Positions 53,824 to 64,000 of a stretch of 64,000 nucleotides of DNA are shown one piece after another. Each line of letters opens with the position of its first letter. The stretch's first letter is position 1. A model generated the notes under the pieces. That model saw only the letters and a list, made by a program, of their open reading frames with translations. It did no database searches and was not told the DNA's origin. Position numbers and translations under genes: made by a program. This stretch comes from Octopus sinensis (lineage: Eukaryota), in the NCBI RefSeq assembly GCF_006345805.1, contig NC_042997.1, forward strand, positions 150,846,001 through 150,910,000, given 5' to 3'.

Positions 53824-54239
53824 GGGGGGTGTATGTGTGTGTCTGTGTGTGTGTGTGTGAGTGTATATGTGTGTGCGTGTGTGTGTATATGTGTCTGTGT
53901 ACGTCATTTTCCCACCGATGCTATATTTATATATATATATATATACATAAATGTAAACTAAAGTTTGTTAAGTTTTATTCGAAACGGTTGTAAGTGAAGA
54001 TGATCAATTTCATGTTAATATTAAACGATTATCAACTTCATAATCTCCATTTTCTTTTCTTCATTTAAATGAATATAAACTATATTTTTAAATATACCTA
54101 TTATTTTAAGTTAATATATTCACCGGAATTAAAAATAATAGGTATTGAACGAGTATTTTCTTCGATGAAACTATCCCTTCATGAGGTCTTAAACGACTTC
54201 TAATTAAATATATATATATGTACATTTATATATATATAT

Positions 54240-54290
<51 letters not shown>

Positions 54291-54333
54291 ATATATACAC
54301 GTACATACATATATACCTATGTGTGTGTGTGTG

Positions 54334-54812
54334 TAAGGAAAATAAGTCAAAATAGAAGATACTAACAAACTTTTATCATGAAAAACAGTTCAGTACCGGT
54401 TTCAGTCATTGAGATGTTTTCAACTCTAAGTATGGAAAACAATTAAATAGTATAAAAGTTAAGTGAAAAGGTTTTTTTTATATACTTCCATAGTATTCAA
54501 ATAAAGGGGGAATTTTCCTTGTTTCTGCCTATCTCTGTCTCTCTTGTTTCTCTTGTGGGTGTGAGGTAGTTATAACTACATTACACCCACAATCGAAAAA
54601 GAGAGACACAGATAAGTAGAAACAAAGAAAATTCCCCTTTTATTTGAATACTAAGGAAATATTTTCTTTAAAACATTTTTTATATAACTTTTTCACAATT
54701 TAATTGTTTTCAATGCATAGAGTTGAAAAAGACTCAGTGACTGAAACCGGTACTGAAATGTTTTTCATGATAAATTTATTTTAGCATTTTCTACCTTGAA
54801 TTACTTTCCTTA
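54334..54812. repeat. Old fold-back inverted repeat with decayed HHR-like GAAACCGGTA
   Basis: Arms roughly 80% complementary around the central palindrome GTAGTTATAACTAC (54566-54579). Confidence 0.85.
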
Positions 54813-54891
54813 TATATATATCAACACGTGCGTTCGTTTTCAACCTTCTACACACACACACATATATACATATATAGGTATTTATATATGT

Positions 54892-54978
<87 letters not shown>

Positions 54979-54980
54979 TT

Positions 54981-55015
<35 letters not shown>

Positions 55016-55017
55016 TA

Positions 55018-55905
55018 AAATTATAAATTAAGATATCTATGAGATACCACCATGCTGAAAATAGCAGCCATAATCTGACGTTAAAGGCACCTAAATTGTC
55101 CGTATATCAACACGGAGAGAAAACAAAGAGACAAGATGAAGCTAGTAAAAAATTACTGGATAATTCTGGATCCGGCTATCTGGCTTTGCATTTATGAATG
55201 CTTTGGCTCGTCAGCAGAATACACACAGAAAATAAACATAAATACATATATATATATATATATATAAATGCAACATGCGAATCATTATATATAAGAACAT
55301 GTACCTACATATATATGCACGTATGCATCAATGCCAGTTCAAAAGGCCCGTCGCTTAATTCCATGTGAGCTATGGTCAAAATATCGCCGCAGTAAATACA
55401 GTTACGGAATAAATTAAAATGTATATAAATAAGGATATGATCGTTAATTTATAAATAAAATAACGATTTTATCAAGTGGTCAGCATGGAAAGCTGCGGGC
55501 ATTTTGAACTGACCATGATGCATACGTACATATATATGTAGGTATAAGTTCGTATATGTAAGGATTCGTATGTTATATTTATATATATATATATTTATGT
55601 TAATCTTCTGTGTGTATTCTACTGACGAGGCAAAGCATTCATAAATGCAATGTCAGAAATGCGGATCTAGAATTATCCAGTAATTTTTTTACTAGTTTCA
55701 TCTTGTCTCTTTGTTTTCTCTCCGTGGTTTTAGGTGGTTTTGAAATCAGAACATGGCTGCTATCTTCAGCATGGCGGTATCACGTAGATTCCATAATTTA
55801 TAATTTTAATAATTATCAACTCTGAAGGTTATTTTTTCCATGCTGACCACTTGATGATATCGTTATTTTATTTTTAAAATAACAATCTTATCCTTATTTA
55901 TATAA

Positions 55906-55909
<4 letters not shown>
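55018..55909. repeat. Interleaved inverted repeats A (55018-55354) / A' (55492-55806) and B (~55416-55491) / B' (~55835-55909)
   Basis: Manual alignment of reverse complements; an HHR in each of A and A'. Confidence 0.8.
55616..55673 (+). ncRNA. Hammerhead variant (mirror copy on - at 55163-55220)
   Basis: ATTCTA-CTGACGA-GGC..GCATT cata AATGC..GTC-A-GAAA-TGCGGA-TC|TAGAAT. Confidence 0.7.
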
Positions 55910-55981
<72 letters not shown>

Positions 55982-56021
55982 TTAAAAAAGGAGATTTGGA
56001 ACACGAGTTGTGATATATAAA

Positions 56022-56338
56022 AAAAGGAAATGAAGAAAATGCTGACAAAATAATTTAAGTAAGGGAGAGTGTATTTAATTAGGTGGTGAAAGTTCTTTTT
56101 ACCGGTTGCGCATTTGTTATGCTTATCAAAAGATATTTTGAGTGAGATAGAGTTCCTTTCTGATTGATTTTTTCTCTTATCAGATAAGAGAAAAAAATCA
56201 ATCAGAAAGGAACTCTATCTCACTCAAAATATCTTTGATAAGCATAACAAATGCGCAACCGGTAAAAAGAACTTTCACCTAATTAAATACACTCTCCCTT
56301 ACTTAAATTATTTGTCAGCATTTTCTTCATTTCCTTTT
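56022..56338. repeat. Near-perfect ~160-bp-arm palindrome (1-nt spacer at 56182) with decayed HHR
   Basis: Arms differ by a few small indels; TTGATAA-GCAT aacaa ATGC-GCAA-CCGG-TA in both arms. Confidence 0.9.
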
Positions 56339-56359
56339 ATATATATATATATATTATAT

Positions 56360-56390
<31 letters not shown>

Positions 56391-56628
56391 CTATATATGT
56401 ATGTATATATATATATATACGCATATATGCGTGTGTGTTTATATGTATATATATATGTATGTATATATCTATATATGTATGTATATATATATGTATATAT
56501 AAGCATATATGTATATATATATATATCTATATATGTATGTATATATATGTATATATATATATTATATATATATAATATATATAATAATATATATATATAT
56601 ATATCTATATATGTATGTATATATAATG

Positions 56629-56664
<36 letters not shown>

Positions 56665-56711
56665 TTATATATATAATATATATATATATGTATATATATG
56701 CATATACATAT

Positions 56712-56758
<47 letters not shown>

Positions 56759-56799
56759 ATATATATATATATATGTATGTATATATCTGTATATGTATG

Positions 56800-56834
<35 letters not shown>

Positions 56835-56845
56835 ATGTATATATG
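56339..56845. repeat. Compound (TA)/(TATG)/(TG) microsatellite
   Basis: Direct reading. Confidence 0.9.
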
Positions 56846-57029
56846 TACACAAAAGCACACACACTTATAAAGACAGGGGGTAGGAAATTAGGGATGTGAA
56901 CGATTAAAATATCACGCATTATATATCAATGTTCATTGAGACAAAAAGCGTTCGTCTTGATTCGATCATTGAAGCAGTTAGCTTCCGAAATTAGCATCCA
57001 ATTGGTTGAGCAGTCTGCAGATGCGCATA

Positions 57030-57230
57030 CTCTTAACGTAGTTTTGTGGGAGATTCAGCGTAACACAGAATGGGACAAAGATGGCTCTCTCAATAGCAGG
57101 CACGACTCATTTCCTTTTCAGCTGAGGGGTCTTTTCAGCAACGAGAAATATCACATTTTATTCACGGACACAGTGCGCCAACGGGAATCAAACTCATTGG
57201 CTTAGAATTACTAACCACTATGTGATGCTC
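57030..57230 (-). mobile_element. tRNA-derived SINE, degenerate
   Basis: Minus strand GGAGCATCACATAGTGGTTAG...GAGTTTGATTCCC...GTGTTACGCTGAATCTCCC...ACTACGTTAAG. Confidence 0.55.
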
Positions 57231-57254
57231 CTTAACACAATGTTCTTTTATTCA

Positions 57255-57450
57255 TTACTTGTTTCCGTTATTTGACTGCAGCCATGCTGGAGCGCCGCCT
57301 TGGAGTGTTTTATTCAAAAACATTTACACTAGGATTTTTTTCTTAAGCCTATTACTTATTTTGTCGAACTTTTTGGCCGAAGCGCTAAGTTACAGGGACA
57401 TAAGTACATGAACAGCGGTTGTCAATCGGTGATGGGATGATAAAAGCAAC
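57255..57450 (-). mobile_element. SINE family A, 3' half
   Basis: TTACTTGTTTCCGTTATTTGACTGCAGCCATGCTGGAGCGCCGCC...GCTAAGTTACAGGGAC. Confidence 0.75.
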
Positions 57451-57458
57451 GCAAACAT

Positions 57459-57491
<33 letters not shown>

Positions 57492-57517
57492 CGCATATAT
57501 GCGTGTGTGTTTATATG

Positions 57518-57580
<63 letters not shown>

Positions 57581-57625
57581 ATGTATGTATTATATGTATG
57601 TATATATATATGTATGTATACATAT

Positions 57626-57688
<63 letters not shown>

Positions 57689-58729
57689 CACTCCAGCGTT
57701 TTATTAAGATTACTATTTATGATATGTAAATATAATGAAACAAATATTAATCACAAAAGCAATCGGGTTATCTAATCAAAATTTTAAAATTTATAACTAC
57801 AAATCGATATATTATCCACAATAAAGTAATAAATGTCCTTATCTAAACTTTATAATATGGTAACATCAAATGAACATAAAAATAAAAAGCAAATATTTCG
57901 TTTAAAAATAGCATTCTAGAAGTAAAATAGTAGAACGTCAAAAGAGAAAGAGTAAAACAGTGAAAGGAGAGGAGAGAACATAGTAATACAGTGAAGGAGA
58001 GGCGGAGAGTGTAATAGCCATGACTGAAAGAATGAGATAGAGTAATGACCGTTTATGAATGAAGAACACGGATTGTATCTTCGGTTCTCAACATAGGAAA
58101 CAGGAAGAAAGGGGCGAATAAAGTAAATGACCATTCAACACTTTGTAAGTGCATATGTATACGTGTGTGTACCAAACAGGGAGGTATGTGAATATTTGTA
58201 TGTGCGTGTCTGTGTGAATGTGTGTGTGAATGTGAGTGTGTGCGTGCGCAATGGAAATGTACATCTCTGAAGATAAAAACTGAAATCATTTCAATTTTGT
58301 TTGAGTATGTGTATGTATGTGAGTAATTCGGAAATATGCGAAAGATTGTATCGCTGATTGTTCTCTTCTTCATATTGTAGCTTGTTTAAATAACAATTAT
58401 CCATCAATTATAACCAGCACGGGGTGGCCTAATAAATAAATATAGCAATGAAAAGTAAGATTATTAAAGAATTAAATGTAAAAAATCCACCGTCTCACAA
58501 ACACAGATGCACACAAATCTTAAATATTAAACAATTTTTTTTCAATTTTTAAAAAGTAAATTCTTTTTTTAAATTTTTAAAAATTAAAAAAACAAACAAA
58601 CGTGGGGAAGCAACTAGAATAGTACAAACAAAAGGGTGAACCGAAATTATCAAACTCTTAAAAAACACTAAATCATCTAATAAAACACCTATAAAAGACA
58701 ACCTTAATTAAAATTTTTAAACACGCATT

Positions 58730-59630
58730 TATTTATATGAACACAGAAAAATCCCTTTCAGAGTTTAGCTGCCTTCTTCTAGAAAATAGAATCAAAAATA
58801 ATTCCTCAGAACAAAGAGAGCAGAACCTATTATCAATTCTAAAAGCCGGGGCCGTCGATAAATTTCTCCATTCAATAAAGTACATTTTATTATTATCTTT
58901 ATGATTCCAGATGAAATTACTAAGACTAGTAGATGAAGCCCTATTTCTGTTCCTAAAGGAATAGTAATGATTCGAAACACTTTTCTTAAAATAATTAGCA
59001 GAAGAACTAATGTAAAAGTAATCATTACCTTCAGAAATAACTTTAGTTTGATAGACGATATTACTAAATAAACAATTTTCTTTGTTTCTACAATCACAAA
59101 GGCCATTCTCACCTCTATTTGCACCTTCATTAATTGAATTATCATTAATTAAAAATGCTATTACCTCCAATATTATTGAAACTTATATCAGAAATAGAAT
59201 TCAAAATATCCCTGCCAACCTAGGAAAATCATTAACATTGGTACTCATGGTCCAGTCTCGCTAGTATTAACAAGTTATCTTGAGGATAAACCTAGATAAT
59301 TTATTTTCATTAATAGAAGAAATAATCTGAGATAAATTCCAAAAAGCAACCTTAACTGATCTAGGATTCAAAATCTCGTAATATCTATTTTTTATTGAAG
59401 TGTTTTAAAAACAATTTATACACTGGTCCAAATAAGTTACCTTTTAATTGACTAGCATTGGATATAACAAATCAAATAATGTTTCTCTTGTCCAAAACAT
59501 ATTTAGAATAGCATAAATTATTCACCTTATAGAGAAACTTAGAACTTTTATTTCATGTTGAATTTTTCGTTTGCGTTATTTGAATTAATTAGACTCCGAA
59601 ACAATTTGTAGAATGTATATTGGTTCAGTA
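58730..59630 (-). mobile_element. Decayed Penelope-like element (thumb and GIY-YIG)
   Basis: KRNII*F...KHF; ILNPRSVKVAF; CDCRNKENCLFSNIVYQTKV...FYISSSANYFKKSVSNHYYSF...LSNFIW...IEW...CSLCSEELFLIL...LNSERD. Confidence 0.88.
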
Positions 59631-59636
59631 TCAACT

Positions 59637-61031
59637 TGAATTTTGCAAGAGACAGACCAAACGCAGAAGGTCTAAATTGCAATGTACTATCGTATACAAG
59701 CATTGTTAACTGATATTAAAGGTTGAAATGATTTGGAGTAACTTTGAGGAAGGAGGAAACCAAGTTAAGAGGGAGAAACAGAAATAGTCCTGAACAGGGA
59801 TAACTCTGAAAGGGTATCAGGGATTGATGGAAAAATAGATTAATTGTAATTTCTTCTCTTTTTAAATAAGGTTTAGATTTAACTTGTGGCATACATTTAA
59901 ATGTTTTCCGTTTTCTCTAGGGATAACATGAATATATTCATTGCTTTGTTTCCTTTTCCTCATTTTTGATTTATCATACATTGATTGTTGTTATATGCAT
60001 TTGATTGATGAATTCAATAAAATTTGTCTACACTTACAATTTTTCCTTTCTTTATACTTCTTTTACTATTTTTGCAAATACTAAATATATATTTTTATAT
60101 ATATTCTTTACTTGGATTGGACAGGTGGACTTGGATGTTTGACTCGTATATGTATGTATATATAAATAAATGTGCATACACGGCGAGCTTCTTTCAGTTC
60201 CCCTCTTCTAAATCCACTAATAAAGATTTACTCGGGCTAATGGTATAGGAGAAGACTACTGAACTAAGTGCCACGCAGTGAGACTGAACCCTAAAACATG
60301 TACTTTGAAAGCAAGTTTCTATCCACACAGCCACGCCTAAGTAGAAAAATATCAATAGAATAGACACGATATGAATATATCATTACTCGATTTCTAGTCG
60401 GGTTAATTAGCGTAATTAACATCACATAGAAACGTTAACAGACAGAGGTATGACAACACATTCACCTTTCCAGACTACGCACTCTTCGCTGTGATAGAAA
60501 TGATAATATTAGTGAAAATCTAAACCAATTTCAACTCCGAACTTTGCAAATGTAGAGATATATAACCAATTTATACTACATCGGGAAACAGCTTCAATTT
60601 CTCTTAACATATACAATTACTTGAACCATCCCGAAATATAACAATACAGTTAATGATAATCAATCAAATGCATATAACAACAATCAATGTATGATAAATC
60701 AAAAATGAGGAAAAGGAAACAAAGCAATGAATATATTCATGTTATCCCTAGAGAAAACGGAAAACATTTAAATGTATGCCACAAGTTAAATCTAAACCTT
60801 ATTTAAAAAGAGAAGAAATTACAATTAATCTATTTTTTCATCAATCCCTGATACCCTTTCAGAATTATCCCTGTTCAGGACTATTTCTGTTTCTCCCTCT
60901 TAACTTGGTTTCCTCCTTCCTCAAAGTTACTCCAAATCATTTCAACCTTTAATATCAGTTAACAATGCTTGTATACGATAGTACATTGCAATTTAGACCT
61001 TCTGCGTTTGTTCTGTCTCTTGCAAAATTCA
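59637..61031. repeat. 373-bp inverted duplication (59637-60009 / 60659-61031), 649-bp spacer
   Basis: About 3 substitutions seen between the arms. Confidence 0.92.
60178..60339 (-). mobile_element. SINE family A, 5' half
   Basis: GGCGAGCTTCTTTCAGTT...GTGCCACGCAGTGAGACTGAACCC...CCACACAGCCACGCCT. Confidence 0.8.
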
Positions 61032-63594
61032 TTTCACTGATCGAACACAGTATAAATTATGAAAAAAAAGTCATCAGACGGGCGATGCCTACATTGCGCA
61101 CACACAAACTCAAAATATAATTTAATTTAATAATCTCAAATTCATATTTGAAGAAACTTACAACAAGAGTTATTTCTCCTGCTTATCGTTTATGCATCTG
61201 TAGCAAAGGAAAAATAAATATTTTGATTCACCAAACCAAAATTTAATGAGTTAGGGCCACTCACTCAATGAGTATTTCTGCCAAATCCTTTCAGCCATTA
61301 TCCAGTGATTTTGTAAAGACACCTAGACAAAGAGGAGCGACTACAATACCCTGCTTTCGCTTGCACGCGCAGGGTAATGAAGATTTAAATTTTTGCGACT
61401 AAGATTAATATTCATTTTGTTTATCATATATATTTCTTTTGCCGAATTCATATAAGTATCCTAAACGTTCAAAGTGCTTCTGTTAAATTTTGTAATAAAA
61501 TGTCTTCGCTTATATTCATGTAAATGTGCGCACTCCCTTCTCTTTAGCATGTCACAATTAATCTAATATACAGTCTATCATATTACAACTGTGTAGATCA
61601 TTAGAACCCTATAGATAATTCATGTGCCTTTGGCAAATTGAGACCTAAGTATATTGGACATATACCTATAGCATTAACATTATTTCGTATGCTAAGTCTA
61701 TATTACTTTGGGTGTTGCATTACAAGTGCTGTCGGCATTTCAAATTAATGTAATGAAAGGGATAATAAATAATTAGAAACTCTTAATTGCGCACAACAGA
61801 GAATAAGTGCAAATATATCATGCAGATTAGTGTAGGCGCCTAATTGGTGTATTTTACATTTTGGCGTCAGCACCGCTATTTCTCTATAGCATCTGTTCAG
61901 GAAAACCAAAGCATTCTAATAAAGACGGTCACTTGGTAATCCACTGCAATCTAAACATTTGAAATGATTACTCAATATGTTATCATGAAAAACACATTTC
62001 CAAAAGTGAGTGAAGGAGTGTCTCTTGCATGACAGCCATTCATAGTGAGAGAGAAATACTAAAAAAAATTGTTTAAAAGTGAATGCAGGTTTGAAACGAA
62101 CTAAAACTCAGTCTTATTTTATTTCCATTTGGATAGGATACTATTTCGTTGTCCAAATGCATGGTTTAATGGGAAAGCATGACTTGATCGATTTGAATTT
62201 GAGTAAATTTGATGGCAAATAAATTCTCAAAGCATCTCACATAAAATAGGAGTCCCTGCGGTCGGTCCGAGTTAATACGGTTTTATTCTTCGCTTTATAA
62301 ATGTCTCTATAACCTGCACAATATTTGCTCAAAAACAAATTCTGCAGAACGAATAATGAATCAAACTACTTTGTTTCTCTCTTTTTTATTTATTCGTTCT
62401 GAATAAGAGATCTCACTTAGTTGAAACATTCCTGTCCTCAGTTCTTGAAATTGAATGAAAACTTTCGAAAGATAGCATGAACAAAATTAACTTGCTAAAG
62501 TAAAATAATGAAAATTTTTCTATATTCATCTTTTCTTTTTTTCTCATTTTGTGTGTGTGATTTGGCTCTTATATTTAATAAGAAATAAATTTAATTTCCT
62601 AAATCTATAAGGTTTGAAGTAACAAAACTGCAAACAAAGCACATTTTATGATCTATCGAATTTCTAAGCAAATGAAAGAGTGGCCATAAATCTTAAATTA
62701 CAGTTATTTAATTTTAGAGAGAAAAAAAAACTCTACCTGTATCACTTCTATCACACCTTAAGAAAGAAAATAAACGCACGCTAGGCTATTAAATTATACA
62801 ATGATCTGAAAAGAAATGAACCAGCAAAAAATATTACGTTGATATTTCAGTTATATAAAGCAAACAAAATCTCTTTAAAATATTTAATATTTGTTTCACT
62901 ATTTCCTTACGTTCAATGATCATTCCTCACAAGTAATAGAAGAAAGACGGGAAGGTGGTCCGGCATAACACATAACCACTTCAAACTAACATAGAAAGAT
63001 TTGCTATCACTGATATAAATGTGCTTAAAGTCAGTAAATAGAAAATGAGTAAATGTATCCGATACAAAAATATTTGACATCTTATTCATAATGTACTGAA
63101 TATTTAAAATCTAGTGTACCATCGAATAATAGATGTGAAGTACTTTAGCTAATGAGTTTCATAAGTATTTTAACGAAATAATTTCGTATTTAATTTGTCA
63201 ACCATATCAGTAAGACTAATTTTCCAGTTTGGAAATATTCTACGTCTAAATATTCATATTACTACGTTTATTATGCGAGATAAGTGAAATTTAAAATTAC
63301 TACTAAGGATTAAGACTTCATATCTGCTGGGCATATAAATGGAATTCAATTGCGTAAACACTCTTCATTTTGCCAAGAGCTTTAACACTTTATTACGAGT
63401 GATAGATTAAAAGTTGAAACTACGCTATGTAGAATACGTTTATTGATTATTCTATCTTTCTCTGTATGTGTCACACTCACACACACACTCTTTCTCTCTT
63501 ACCCACTTGCACACACAGACACGCACTCTCTCTATCTTTCTCTCTTACACACACATACACACACACACTCACAATCACATACTCTCTAGATATC

Positions 63595-63790
63595 TTTTAT
63601 CTTAGTCATTGGACTGCGACCATGTTGGGGCTGCCTACAGATATCAAATCGAAGAAATCGAGGCATTACTCATTTTAGAGGCCTGATACTTATTATACTG
63701 GTTTGTTTTGTGTCGAATCTTTAAGTTACGGAACTTATGTAAATCAAAATCGATAATTAGGCAGTAATAGGAAACAATCATAGACACAAA
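63595..63790 (-). mobile_element. Degenerate SINE family A, 3' half
   Basis: CTTAGTCATTGGACTGCGACCATG...TGTCGAATCTTTAAGTTACGGA. Confidence 0.55.
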
Positions 63791-63819
63791 AAGACACATA
63801 CACACATAGATATACATAC

Positions 63820-63851
<32 letters not shown>

Positions 63852-64000
63852 GGGGGGAGAACGAGAGATGGAGAAAGAGAGAGAGAGAGAGAGGAACAAC
63901 GAGCTACTTTCAGCATACAGCTACCAAATCGATTCACAAGACATGGGTCGCTGGACTGGGACCATGTTGGGGCGCCTTCAATCCTCAAGTCTATTATACT

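Noticed and set aside
59785-59825. CTGAACA..GAAA in the 373-bp arm
   Set aside because: Non-canonical core with unpaired stems I and III; better explained as local hairpins.

Overview
AT-rich, microsatellite-saturated eukaryotic DNA; the repeat landscape resembles an octopus/coleoid cephalopod genome (inferred, not verified). No complete host gene is visible, only two candidate terminal exons on + (41506-41569 and 42343-42576). Most long ORFs in the track are simple-repeat artefacts. Recognisable elements: tRNA-derived SINEs of several families, five R4/Dong-like REL-endonuclease LINE fragments (mostly next to (TAA)n), RTE LINE fragments, mariner remnants, and two Penelope-like element (PLE) GIY-YIG remnants (26.2-26.8 kb, 58.7-59.6 kb). 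Main result: a five-copy head-to-tail array of a ~499-bp non-coding unit (46116-48599), inserted in a (TA)n tract. Each unit carries a type I hammerhead ribozyme (HHR) with a palindromic (dimer-type) stem III, and the unit folds into nested stems that span the unit junction. This is what a retrozyme-like self-cleaving, circularisable RNA would look like. Around it are about nine further intact or decayed HHR loci from several unrelated families and about eight fold-back inverted repeats, mostly next to (TA)n, suggesting a PLE-driven ribozyme/fold-back system. All ribozyme calls are manual motif and pairing readings; none were tested computationally.
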